A stretch of DNA of 30,810 nucleotides, taken from positions 1 through 30,810 of the IMG/VR virus record IMGVR_UViG_3300011338_000219. One strand, 5' to 3'. Made by a program: the position numbers and the translations under genes. Positions 1 through 9,708 of this stretch are shown here, in pieces (within the stretch, counting starts at the first letter, position 1; each line of letters starts with the position of its first letter). Under the pieces are notes generated by a model that ran no database searches, was not told the origin of the DNA, and was given only the letters and a program-made list of their open reading frames with translations. This DNA comes from a virus. Taxonomy: Duplodnaviria > Caudoviricetes.

Positions 1-10
1 TGGTTTTTTT

Positions 11-295
11 TTCGACTATCGAAAAAGAATTGGTGAACACTTCGCTTCAGTTTTTGGATTCACAAGTGATGACGAATCTGAAGGAGGCGATGACGATGAT
101 GGAGGAGGCATTGCAACAAGCGAACTCTCATCAAAGTACGGATGGTTTCACGTCATCGAAGAATTAGCGGATAGGGATATCACTAAATTTGAAGCCATCA
201 CAAATACACAAGCCTCAACCATATTCGCACATCTATCTTACCGGATAGATTATTTCAACTTTCAAAAGCAATTGCTGACTAAAAATAACCATTAA
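11..295 (+). CDS. C-terminal (-1 frame) part of tail assembly chaperone GT-like product, copy 1 (partial gene)
   Basis: After the T9 run (4-12) the frame reads FDYRKRIGEH...KYGWFHVIEELADRDITKFEAIT...KNNH* (TAA 293-295). Differences from copy 2 are largely synonymous or conservative in this frame. Confidence 0.75.
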   Translation, partial: FDYRKRIGEHFASVFGFTSDDESEGGDDDDGGGIATSELSSKYGWFHVIEELADRDITKFEAITNTQASTIFAHLSYRIDYFNFQKQLLTKNNH

Positions 296-297
296 CG

Positions 298-305
298 CTA
301 CTTAA
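298..305 (+). promoter_or_regulatory. CTACTTAA motif, candidate late promoter element
   Basis: The same octamer lies just upstream of ORFs 311, 10472 and 27380 and is conserved in both repeat copies. Confidence 0.45.
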
Positions 306-310
306 TTAAT

Positions 311-781
311 ATGAGCGCATCTTCACTTTATACATACAACGTTGTTATTGGCAAGTTTCAAGAGTTTGCCAATAGCCACGCATTGATAAGACGTTTCACA
401 CACGGGCAAATATCTCAGGCAGATTTGGAAAAGGAAGGCGAATGGCCTTGGATGCACGTCACCCCTACTTCATTTTCATTTGATGCAGGATCATTAACCT
501 ATTCATTTGATGTTTACTTCTCCGATTTGCCACGTGACAAAGAAGAAAAAACTGAATACCAAAGACAATCAATGAGCGAGTGCATTCAATTGGCAGGTGA
601 CTTTGTTAATATGTTGGAGAACGGTAGCATCTTCGATGAATCAGTTGTATTGGGTAAACCAATTTCAGCACAACCTTTCATTGAGGAATTCTCGCACGTC
701 TTAACTGGTGTGCAATTGTCAATTGATATAACTGTTGATTATGAGTGGAACGCTTGTGAGATACCATATATCGGAGATTAA
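311..781 (+). CDS. Putative tail terminator/tail completion protein
   Basis: 156-aa acidic protein heading the tail module. Only 4 aa differ from copy 2 despite many synonymous changes, so it is clearly coding. Function inferred from size and context. Confidence 0.55.
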   Translation: MSASSLYTYNVVIGKFQEFANSHALIRRFTHGQISQADLEKEGEWPWMHVTPTSFSFDAGSLTYSFDVYFSDLPRDKEEKTEYQRQSMSECIQLAGDFVNMLENGSIFDESVVLGKPISAQPFIEEFSHVLTGVQLSIDITVDYEWNACEIPYIGD

Positions 782-984
782 TGAAGAAGCTACAATACAC
801 AACCAATGATCCATCAGCCTCAACCGATTATTTGGCTGCTGACAATACTTGGAAAACAATCCCTGGAGGAGGTGGTGGTAGTGGTATCCCAAAGGGGACA
901 ACATCGGGGACTGATACTTACACCGCAACAATAAGTGGGGTGACTGCTTATAACGATGGCGATGCCTATCTAATTAGATTCTAA
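781..984 (+). CDS. N-terminal part of tail fibre/receptor-binding protein (in frame with 1009-2421, interrupted by one TAA)
   Basis: TAATG-coupled to the upstream gene and contains a Gly linker. Reading through the TAA gives a continuous ...DAYLIRF*IGNTTGCTLNINSLG fibre motif. Confidence 0.7.
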   Translation: MKKLQYTTNDPSASTDYLAADNTWKTIPGGGGGSGIPKGTTSGTDTYTATISGVTAYNDGDAYLIRF

Positions 985-1008
985 ATTGGCAATACAACTG
1001 GATGCACC

Positions 1009-2421
1009 TTGAATATCAATTCACTTGGGACAAAAACTTTGTTTAGAAATAATGATGGTGCGTTGGTTGGTGGGGATATTGTTGATGGTGCGGAAATGTT
1101 CTGCATTTATAACACAACGCTAAACGGATTCCAAGTAATAGGAACTGCACCAAATACACTCCTTGCATATGTGACCAATGTCAATGGCTCAACCATAACC
1201 AAAGGACAACCAGTCTACGCATTTGGTGGAACGGGTGACCGCTTAACGGTTAAACTTGCATCGAATTCAACTGATGCCACTTCAGCGCAGACCGTTGGTC
1301 TTGTGTTGAGTTCGTCAATTGCCAACAATCAAAAAGGTTTAATAATTGTTTATGGTCAATTAGATGGGTTAAATTTATTTCCAACATCAACGTGGGCGGA
1401 TGGAGATGCTGTTTATCTTGGAGCAACGGCGGGAACGGTGACCAAAACAAAACCTTCAGCACCTAATCACCTTGTATATCTTGGATTCGTCACAACGGCC
1501 AACAATGGCAGCGCAGGTCGTATGTACGTGCGTGTTCAGAATGGATATGAATTAGATGAGATACACGATGTTAAGATAGCATCGGTTGCCAATAACGATG
1601 GGTTGTTTTATAATTCAACAAATGGGTTATGGGAAAATAAACAACTCAAAACATTCAATGGCAATTCAATTGTAGGTTCTGGAACTGAATTGGTTTTTAA
1701 TTACGATAGGGCAAGATTTGGTTATGAAGCTTTCACAGATTTTATTTCTCCAGTCACTGCAAATAATGGTGTGGATGGAATGGCATATACTGTTTTTGTT
1801 AGTGGTTTAGCAGCAGCTATTGCACCAAGTGCTGTGCCTTCAGTTCGTGCGTTAAATCAACAAGGATTTATACAACCATCAACGGGTAGTCAATTGACTG
1901 GTCACGCAGGTGTTTATGGTACAACAACGGGTTCTGCCTTTACCGCAATAGGTGGGGGGGTTATAAGTTTTGGCACATCTATATACATACCAACATTAAG
2001 CACATCGATTGAAAGGTATCGTATAGTATTGGGTTTTGGTACATCAGTTCTTAACCAATCAGATCCAAGTGGTATATTTTTTACGTATGATGAGGGTGGT
2101 ATTCAGAATGGAACTTCAGCTTCACCCAATTGGCAATGTGTAACTGCGTTAAGCAACGTGAGAACATTAACCACTACAAGTGTGGCTGCCAATACTACTG
2201 CGTGGCAAAAGTTCACTATTGAAATTAACGCAGCAGGAACATCAGTTCAATTTTTTATAGACAATGTTTTAGTTGCAACGCATACCACGAATATACCAAG
2301 TGGAGTTAGTCAATTAGTTACAACCAAAATTCAGATAGCTAAATCAGTTGGTACAACTGCACGCAGTTTCTTTGCTGATTATTTTGGCTATAAGCAAACA
2401 TACACAACACCTCGCATATGA
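1009..2421 (+). CDS. Tail fibre/receptor-binding protein (main part)
   Basis: Gly/Thr/Asn-rich, with fibre-type motifs (TITKGQPVY, GYELDEIHDV, LFYNSTNGLWEN) and a C-terminal lectin-like beta-sandwich (FFIDNVLVATHTTNIP). The TTG start is probably not the real start. Confidence 0.75.
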   Translation: MNINSLGTKTLFRNNDGALVGGDIVDGAEMFCIYNTTLNGFQVIGTAPNTLLAYVTNVNGSTITKGQPVYAFGGTGDRLTVKLASNSTDATSAQTVGLVLSSSIANNQKGLIIVYGQLDGLNLFPTSTWADGDAVYLGATAGTVTKTKPSAPNHLVYLGFVTTANNGSAGRMYVRVQNGYELDEIHDVKIASVANNDGLFYNSTNGLWENKQLKTFNGNSIVGSGTELVFNYDRARFGYEAFTDFISPVTANNGVDGMAYTVFVSGLAAAIAPSAVPSVRALNQQGFIQPSTGSQLTGHAGVYGTTTGSAFTAIGGGVISFGTSIYIPTLSTSIERYRIVLGFGTSVLNQSDPSGIFFTYDEGGIQNGTSASPNWQCVTALSNVRTLTTTSVAANTTAWQKFTIEINAAGTSVQFFIDNVLVATHTTNIPSGVSQLVTTKIQIAKSVGTTARSFFADYFGYKQTYTTPRI

Positions 2422-2540
2422 TTTTAACTAAGTATAGAATGATTACAGATAACGGCTATATTGAAACACTTGATATGGCAGAGGCTGAAGCTTATGGCAA
2501 TTATATAATAGTTACCGAGGAGGTTGCAGATGGCGAATAA
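2418..2540 (+). CDS. Small 40-aa protein after the fibre gene (possible fibre chaperone or accessory)
   Basis: MILTKYRMITDNGYIETLD...VADGE*. ATGA overlap with the fibre stop; fills the gap to the next gene. Not in the ORF track. Confidence 0.6.
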   Translation: MILTKYRMITDNGYIETLDMAEAEAYGNYIIVTEEVADGE

Positions 2541-3069
2541 TCCACTCACTCAATTGATGAATGAATTCGGGCAAGAGGTTGTTGAGAAGGCAATGCTCAA
2601 CCTTGGGGTGTATAGGACAGTCAATGGAAAGAAAAGGAGAGCGGTGGCATCTGACACCTTACGCAAGTCGTTAGCATTTCGTTATGATAGTAAATACAAG
2701 CGGATTGATTTCTTTGCAAAGGGTGAGGCGGAGAAATATGCTTACTATGTAGAGGAAGGAAGGAAGCCAGGTAAGCGACCTCCAACAGATGCAATCTTGC
2801 AATGGATGAAAATCAAAAAGATTTCACCACGCAATGAGAACGGCTCATTTAAAAAGTTCAAAACTCCAAAGGCACGTGAAAACGCAATGGAGGCAATCGC
2901 ATATAATATCAGTATGTCAATTGGTAGAAGGGGAATCAAACCTTTGTTCTACTATCGGGATGCAGTCAATGAAACGTTGGTTGATTTTAATGACAAATTC
3001 ATTGAGGTTTTGAAAAGCGAAATAACAATAGCAATAGAAGAAAATTTATCAGGCACAATAAAGGTATAA
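2530..3069 (+). CDS. Neck/tail completion protein (HK97 gp10-like)
   Basis: Basic protein with a YVEEGRKPGKRPP...ILQWMK motif typical of gp10-like neck proteins. ATG at 2530 preferred over TTG at 2524. Confidence 0.55.
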   Translation: MANNPLTQLMNEFGQEVVEKAMLNLGVYRTVNGKKRRAVASDTLRKSLAFRYDSKYKRIDFFAKGEAEKYAYYVEEGRKPGKRPPTDAILQWMKIKKISPRNENGSFKKFKTPKARENAMEAIAYNISMSIGRRGIKPLFYYRDAVNETLVDFNDKFIEVLKSEITIAIEENLSGTIKV

Positions 3070-3072
3070 GAT

Positions 3073-4911
3073 ATGGCATATAACACGGCAATAAGAGGTT
3101 TAACGGCGCAAGGCAATACTGAATTGAAAGGGATGGTCTACTCAAATAATGATGTTTCATTTACAATGACATCAACGGAGTTCGCTAATTCTGGATTCAA
3201 ATACATAGTTGAGATAACCGATTTAAATACAACGGAATCGTATAAGTTTTACATCGCACCTAATGCGGTGGGTAGTGGTGTCTTTAATGCAAAGACAATC
3301 TTCAACCAACTGATAAAAACCAATGTAACTATTGATGACACCGATAACATATTATTGCAAATTACTGAACCAATATTGGTAAGCAATAATTTGGTAAATA
3401 GATTTACGATTGATTTATACGAAGGTTATGAAGTGGCAGGTGTGTTTACTGAAGATCCATCAGTAGCGGTTCAATACACATTGATGTGTGTTTATGGAAA
3501 GGGCAAGAGTAATTATTTGGTAATGGGTACGGCATCAACTCCTCCCATTGCACTATCTCAATATTACGACAACACACTTGGATTTAATGCTGAAACGGTT
3601 GCTACTCGAATTGATATTCCTGTGGGATTGCAATCAGAGGTTATCAATTGGCAACGTGTATCAAGGTCAAACGTGAAAGGTGCAAAAGATTCAGCTTATA
3701 AGATAATGAGTTGGATTGCGGATAATGGCACGTACATAAATGAGAATTATGATTACACATCAATAGCCAATTTTAGAATTGCGTTATATGGTTATGATTA
3801 TGATTTCATAACTGATATAATTATACCAATGTCATTTAGTGCAGGTGGTGTATTGCACATTCCCGTAGGTCTTAAAAATTTAGTTGAAGGCAGTTACATA
3901 ACGCAAGAGGATGCCGATGCTACCTTGTTTTGGACAGTATTGGGTGAGGACAATTCCAATAATATAGTGACTGCCAAATACGGATTTTACATTGACGAAG
4001 ATTGCAAACACAATCCAGTTCACTTGTATTGGTTGAACCAAATGGGAGGTTGGGATAGTTACTCTTTCATTAAGAAAAATGAAAGGTCAATTGACGTAGA
4101 AAAGAAACGTTATAAAAGCTATCTTGGAAATTATAATACGGCAAGTGTTGAAACTCCTTTTGATACTAAAAATTATTCACGTGCATTAACCGAGCGTGAG
4201 CCAATCGTAAAGACATTCATTAACTTAACAAGTGATTGGTTAACGGAAAGCGAATTTAAAGCAATGAAAGATTTGTTCTATTCAAAGTCTGTGTGGATGG
4301 TTGATGACAACGTGGATGGATACAACATCTTACCGGTAGTGGTAGAAGATACCAACTACTTAATGAAGCGTGAGCGCAATTCAAGAAAGTACAATCAAAC
4401 GTTGCGCCTTCAATTGGCCAATGATTACGACACTATAAATGAATTGCCTTCAGAGTTTCCAATACCCAGCCCTGCGCCTTGTGAATTTTACAATGTATTT
4501 TTGACTAATGGTGGCAGTTCTACGTTAGTTCTTCAGCCTACTGTTGATAACACTTGTATTATTTATGCCAATGCTGCTACACGTGATAGATACATAAATA
4601 TAAGCGTTAATGATTCTTTAGGTAACACACCAATTGCAGGTCAAACATATTATATAGAAATTAATTATGACTTTATTTGCACACCTCCAATTAAAAGATT
4701 AGGTTCTCTATCATTGGGTAATACTTCAACGGGTGGTGGTGCTATTATTTCATTGGAAGGTTTGCAAACGCCTGGAACTCCGATTATTGCCAACGCTGTT
4801 TGGGGTACACAAATAAGCGCATCGAATACAATGTTTTTAAGATTACCTGCTTTTATTGGAACTGTAACTGGTCAAATAACAATTAAAGTAGGTTTTGGTA
4901 ACTGCCCATAA
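3073..4911 (+). CDS. Virion tail/baseplate structural protein
   Basis: 612 aa, beta-rich, with an LYWLNQMGGWDSYSF motif; lies in the tail module. Confidence 0.6.
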   Translation: MAYNTAIRGLTAQGNTELKGMVYSNNDVSFTMTSTEFANSGFKYIVEITDLNTTESYKFYIAPNAVGSGVFNAKTIFNQLIKTNVTIDDTDNILLQITEPILVSNNLVNRFTIDLYEGYEVAGVFTEDPSVAVQYTLMCVYGKGKSNYLVMGTASTPPIALSQYYDNTLGFNAETVATRIDIPVGLQSEVINWQRVSRSNVKGAKDSAYKIMSWIADNGTYINENYDYTSIANFRIALYGYDYDFITDIIIPMSFSAGGVLHIPVGLKNLVEGSYITQEDADATLFWTVLGEDNSNNIVTAKYGFYIDEDCKHNPVHLYWLNQMGGWDSYSFIKKNERSIDVEKKRYKSYLGNYNTASVETPFDTKNYSRALTEREPIVKTFINLTSDWLTESEFKAMKDLFYSKSVWMVDDNVDGYNILPVVVEDTNYLMKRERNSRKYNQTLRLQLANDYDTINELPSEFPIPSPAPCEFYNVFLTNGGSSTLVLQPTVDNTCIIYANAATRDRYINISVNDSLGNTPIAGQTYYIEINYDFICTPPIKRLGSLSLGNTSTGGGAIISLEGLQTPGTPIIANAVWGTQISASNTMFLRLPAFIGTVTGQITIKVGFGNCP

Positions 4912-4920
4912 AATTAATAT

Positions 4921-7900
4921 ATGCAAACTGCACTAATCTTATATACGCAAGGTGATGAAACACCTTTATTGGTTGACCTATATGAGAACGAAAACATCTC
5001 TTTGAATTGGTCATTCAATGACATCCAAGACCTTGCACCACGTGGTAACTATTCACGTACTTTTCGAATTCCATTCACGCCAACTAATGCGTCTATTTTT
5101 GGGTTCATTCAAGAAAACACTTTTCAGTTCAGCGGCTTTAATCCAAAGCGTAAAATCAACGCATCAATAACCGTTGACACTATACCAATCATTGAGGGAT
5201 ATGTGCAATTTAAAGCGGCATACACAAGCAATGGTGAGGTGTCAGATTTGGAGATAGTGTTTTTTGGAAACACGGTGAATTTCTTTAAAACAATTGGAGA
5301 TGCTGACTTCAAAAATTACATTTCGTCGGAGTTGCAAGATGATTACAACTATCAAATTAAATACGATGTAATCAGTACGTTCAACGGAACTGGAAATATC
5401 TATCTTGGCTTAACGGATAGGGGTGACAATTGGGTAATGAATGTTAGCGATCAAGGCACTCGCAATATTTTAAGTACGTCAATTGATGCAATTCCAAAGG
5501 TTGGTGAACTTACACCATTTGTAAGGTCAAGATACATCTTTGATAAAATCTTTGCGTTAAGCGGATTTGAACTCAATGAAAGCGAAAGCACAACGCTTTT
5601 AAATGAGATAGATAAAATGTGGATTCCGTGGATTGGTGAGAGTGATATTATAGCACAACAAGGCAATCCAGATACTGCACGTTTTTTACTCAATGGAACT
5701 GCGTTAACTTTAACTGAAACTGATTTCACGCAATTAGTTTTAAACGATGGGCCAAATTATTTTGTCGCTGAATTACCAACTTTAAACATTGCCATTGATC
5801 CTGATTCAAATGTTGGTGCAAATAATACTTACACCGTTCCATTTAGTGGGGATTATACAATAAGCGGTGCGATGCAAATTGAAACTGCTTTTGATTTGAT
5901 AAATATGAACCTTGGTTTTTTGGCTGAATATGGAACTGATCAACGACTTTTAATAAATACTGGTGGAGCATATTTTAGAAGGCAAATATTAGTGCCATCA
6001 GGACCAGGTGGTCAATTGGAAGGCGAATGGGTTTATGATATCAACACTCCTAAAAATGTAGAAACTGGAACATCTCCAAGTTTTTTATTGGAAGGTGCAA
6101 CAGTTAAACCAGTATTGTTTGTATCTGAATTACCTTCAAATGTTCAATTGACAATAAACACAATTGAAGTTGGTTCATTGGAAATTAGTAAACCTATATT
6201 TGGTAACGATATTGATTGGTCTGCAAATGCTCCAGTAATGAAGTGCAGCGAGTTTATGTCATCACTTTTTAAGATGTTCAATTTGGTTGTTATTCCCGAT
6301 GACATCAATCCAAAGTTGTTGACATTAAAGCCAATTCAAGAATATCTATCTCAAGGTGTTTCAAAAGATTGGTCGAATAAATTAGATGTGTCAAAAGACA
6401 TTACACTCACATCAACTGCTGACTATCAAGCGCAAGAAAATCTTTGGACATACAAGTCGATGAATGATTACTACAATCAATTATATAACGCACAAGGAGG
6501 CCGTGTATATGGTAGGTTGTTGTTGATTGATCCCGAAAATGACTTTGCAACCAAAGAACAAAAAACTGAAATAATGTTTGGTGCTACTCCATTAAATAAC
6601 ATCAAAGGAAGTCAGTTACCAATACCAAAATTTCAATCAGCAAATGGACAATTTGCAGCACCTGGACCACGCATTTTATATCGTACTGAAGATACACTCG
6701 AATTTAATTTATTTAATGATACAACTGAAGCTGCGGTATCTCACACCGTTGATTTGTTCAGCCATTACACAAGTGTTATTCCAACCATTGCAGATGATGA
6801 TTTAAACTTTGGGCAGGAAACACCTTTGCACTATGTAGATAGTACACCATTCAAAACATTATATCAAAAATATTGGAACGATTATATAGCTGATATATAC
6901 GCACCTGATGCACGTGTGATAGAAGCTTTCTTTGCTTTGGAATTTGCCGACATTTATCAGTTTAAATTCAATGATAAAATATTCATCAAAGATGCTTACT
7001 ATCGCATCCTTGACATTAGTGATTACGTTGTTGGTATGCAAGATAGCGTAAAGGTCAAACTCATTAAGATTGTGAGTGCAACTTCTGATTGTTTGCTTCG
7101 ACCAGGTTCAACAATAAGTATAGATGGTAGTGTGCCATTCCTTGACTTTGAAAATAACCCTGCTCCAGCTACTGAAGCTTGTTGTAATAAATACGGATAC
7201 TATTGGGTGGGTTTAGAATGTTACGCTATTCTTCGAGATAGTAAAGGAAGGGGAGGTAAAACAAAAATGACTTCAGATTTAACTACTGATCTTTCAAATG
7301 TCGAAACAAATCCAGTCAATAAAGCTGCATACATAGCTGACACGAATATAGTTTTTGAACCAAATGAAAGAATCTTTGTCAATGGTCTTAATAATGCCGT
7401 GAATAGTGGCAATGATGGAAGTATAGTTAGTGGTGTTGGAAACATAGTTAATGCAGGCCTTGGAAGTGTGACTGTTTTAGGCTCAACATCAAGGGCAATC
7501 AATCAAGGTGTAACAATTGGTAGCGGTGGAAGTTATGCAGGTGAATACCAAAGCGGTATAATCCAAGTGCGTGGCGCAGGAGATTGGACAAATAACACCA
7601 CACCTATCACACTAACAAATGAAAGAGGCGGTTATATAACCGTTCCTGATGATTCCGTGTGGTATGCAAAGCTTATGCTAACCATTGGGCAAATTAGCGC
7701 AGGGATAGACGGCAATGGAGTTGTTGAATTCAACATTCAATTGGGTGCATCAGCAGGGGTGTTATCCGTGAAAGATGCAATCATTGTGAGTGAAAATCTT
7801 GAAACCATCAGCGGAAACTTTGAACTTGGAGTGGATATCGTAGGCTTGACATTTGCACCTCAATTACTGCTCAAAAATTCAACTTATCCCGAAAACAATA

Positions 7901-7947
7901 TCTTCATCGGAGGTCAAATAATCTATAATCAATACCATTATGAATAA
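4921..7947 (+). CDS. Large tail tip/baseplate hub protein
   Basis: 1008 aa; N-terminal VDLYENENISLNWSFNDIQD...NYSRTFRIP typical of tail-tip proteins; Gly/Asn-rich beta-repeat near the C-terminus. Confidence 0.65.
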   Translation: MQTALILYTQGDETPLLVDLYENENISLNWSFNDIQDLAPRGNYSRTFRIPFTPTNASIFGFIQENTFQFSGFNPKRKINASITVDTIPIIEGYVQFKAAYTSNGEVSDLEIVFFGNTVNFFKTIGDADFKNYISSELQDDYNYQIKYDVISTFNGTGNIYLGLTDRGDNWVMNVSDQGTRNILSTSIDAIPKVGELTPFVRSRYIFDKIFALSGFELNESESTTLLNEIDKMWIPWIGESDIIAQQGNPDTARFLLNGTALTLTETDFTQLVLNDGPNYFVAELPTLNIAIDPDSNVGANNTYTVPFSGDYTISGAMQIETAFDLINMNLGFLAEYGTDQRLLINTGGAYFRRQILVPSGPGGQLEGEWVYDINTPKNVETGTSPSFLLEGATVKPVLFVSELPSNVQLTINTIEVGSLEISKPIFGNDIDWSANAPVMKCSEFMSSLFKMFNLVVIPDDINPKLLTLKPIQEYLSQGVSKDWSNKLDVSKDITLTSTADYQAQENLWTYKSMNDYYNQLYNAQGGRVYGRLLLIDPENDFATKEQKTEIMFGATPLNNIKGSQLPIPKFQSANGQFAAPGPRILYRTEDTLEFNLFNDTTEAAVSHTVDLFSHYTSVIPTIADDDLNFGQETPLHYVDSTPFKTLYQKYWNDYIADIYAPDARVIEAFFALEFADIYQFKFNDKIFIKDAYYRILDISDYVVGMQDSVKVKLIKIVSATSDCLLRPGSTISIDGSVPFLDFENNPAPATEACCNKYGYYWVGLECYAILRDSKGRGGKTKMTSDLTTDLSNVETNPVNKAAYIADTNIVFEPNERIFVNGLNNAVNSGNDGSIVSGVGNIVNAGLGSVTVLGSTSRAINQGVTIGSGGSYAGEYQSGIIQVRGAGDWTNNTTPITLTNERGGYITVPDDSVWYAKLMLTIGQISAGIDGNGVVEFNIQLGASAGVLSVKDAIIVSENLETISGNFELGVDIVGLTFAPQLLLKNSTYPENNIFIGGQIIYNQYHYE

Positions 7948-8122
7948 TCCACAGCAGACATTTAAGAACATTTGCGAGATGCAAAAGATGGGCATCAAGT
8001 CAGATGCGAAAAGCTACCAAAATAAATTACCAAAATGGCTAACTGGTTGTATCAATATGACCATTCTTGCTACTTTACTTTGGGGTACTTATGAATTAAT
8101 TAAAATGATTTTCAATGGCTGA
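7940..8122 (+). CDS. Small membrane protein
   Basis: 60 aa with a C-terminal hydrophobic helix; overlaps both neighbouring genes. Confidence 0.55.
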   Translation: MNNPQQTFKNICEMQKMGIKSDAKSYQNKLPKWLTGCINMTILATLLWGTYELIKMIFNG

Positions 8123-9707
8123 TAATAAGGTAGTTTTAGAATTCGAGATTAAAGGTAACGGAGAGGAAAAGGCGCAATCGGTAAGGGCGCAAATGAAGGC
8201 ACTCCGTGACGAGTTGTTGAGATTAGATGAAGGCACGGCGGAATTTGATAAGGTTCAAAGAAAGCTTGGGGATTTAACGGATAAGGTTGGTGATTTAAGT
8301 AGAGGCGTTAACACATTAGCAGGTGACCCATTAGAGAGATTGAACAACTCCTTCTCAATGATTGGCTCATCTATCTTATCACTTGACTTTGGCGCAGCAC
8401 AACAAGGGTTGCAAGGGGTATCAAGTGCAATCAAAGATTTTAAATTTGGTGACTTAACACAAGCTGCAAAAGGCTTTGGTTCAACGATGTTGGACTTGGG
8501 AAAATCTTTACTCACTAACCCAATCTTTTTAATTGGTGGAATCATTGCTGCGGTTGTGATGAACTTTGATAAGTTGGTAGAGGCAGGTGGATTTGTGGGT
8601 GAAATGTTCGGATTCATCAAACGCACAATTGATAGCGTTATTGGTGGATTAGTGGACTTTATGGATTGGATTGGACTAACTGATAGTAAAGCTTCGGAAC
8701 GTGCTGAAAATCAAAAGAAATTAGATAAGGAAAATGAGGATAGAAGAAAGAAGCAGGAAGAACAAGCGTTAAAAGATGCTGAAAATTTACATAAAGAAAA
8801 GGAACGTTTAGCTAAAGAAGCAGCTGCGAAAGAGGCAGCACGTATTCAAAAGATTAAAGATGACCAAAAGTCACTAACTGAATTCTTAAAAGCTGAACAA
8901 GAGAAAAGGTATCAAGAAACTTTATCAAATGACGAAAGAGATATAAGACAACTTCGTCTTTTGTATTTAGAAAAAGAAAAGTTAGCGCACGGCAACAAAG
9001 AACTGTTGAAGCAATTGGATGCATCTTATCAAGCAGATGTAAAAGCGTTGCAAGAGAAACAAGCGGAAGATGATGTAGTAATAGAATCGAAAGGACTTGA
9101 AAGAAAGCAAGCAACCAATGATCAAATATTAGCAAGTACTCAAACAATGTTGGCAGGCATTACTGCATCAACTCAACAAAGTTCTGAAACTAACACGAAA
9201 ATAAGTGCAGAGGAATTACAAGCACGTTTGCAAATGGCGCAAATGGCTTTAGGTAGTATGAGTGCCTTAGCTGATGCGTTAACTGCAAATGGTGTATTGA
9301 ATGCGAAGCAATCTTTCAAAGTCAATAAAGCTTTACAATTAACGCAAGCGGGAATTGGTGCGGTGCAAGCGGTGCAAAATGTATTGGCTGACCCTACGTT
9401 AATTGGCCCTGCACGTTTCATCGCTGCTGCCTCCGCAGGTGTTATGGGTGCTGCGAATGTGGCAAAGATTGCAGCAATGAAATTCAATCCAGGTACAACA
9501 AATCCTCCCCCATCTACAATGGGTGGCGGTGGTGGTGGTAGTATGTTTGGCGGTGGTTCTACTTCCGCTCCTGCCATTGATTTGTCATTCCTAAACAACC
9601 AACAAACCAAAGCGCAACCGATACAATCTTACGTTTTAGCTACTAATGTAACGAGCGCACAAGATGCACAACAAAAAATCTTAGACCAATCAAAATTAAT
9701 TAAGTAA
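8115..9707 (+). CDS. Tape measure protein (short, 530 aa)
   Basis: Helical/coiled-coil, Ala/Gly-rich, hydrophobic segment LLTNPIFLIGGIIAAVV, K/E-rich stretch, and a C-terminal QSYVLATNVTSAQ tail. Confidence 0.7.
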   Translation: MADNKVVLEFEIKGNGEEKAQSVRAQMKALRDELLRLDEGTAEFDKVQRKLGDLTDKVGDLSRGVNTLAGDPLERLNNSFSMIGSSILSLDFGAAQQGLQGVSSAIKDFKFGDLTQAAKGFGSTMLDLGKSLLTNPIFLIGGIIAAVVMNFDKLVEAGGFVGEMFGFIKRTIDSVIGGLVDFMDWIGLTDSKASERAENQKKLDKENEDRRKKQEEQALKDAENLHKEKERLAKEAAAKEAARIQKIKDDQKSLTEFLKAEQEKRYQETLSNDERDIRQLRLLYLEKEKLAHGNKELLKQLDASYQADVKALQEKQAEDDVVIESKGLERKQATNDQILASTQTMLAGITASTQQSSETNTKISAEELQARLQMAQMALGSMSALADALTANGVLNAKQSFKVNKALQLTQAGIGAVQAVQNVLADPTLIGPARFIAAASAGVMGAANVAKIAAMKFNPGTTNPPPSTMGGGGGGSMFGGGSTSAPAIDLSFLNNQQTKAQPIQSYVLATNVTSAQDAQQKILDQSKLIK

Positions 9708-9708
9708 T

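Larger units (their letters stand above)
1..880 (+). repeat. Terminal direct repeat, copy 1 (imperfect)
   Basis: Colinear with 29931-30810 with no indels; about 83 mismatches by manual count. Confidence 0.97.

Noticed and set aside
982-984. Stop-codon reassignment (alternative genetic code)
   Set aside because: TAA, TAG and TGA all end well-packed genes; only one interrupting stop was seen.
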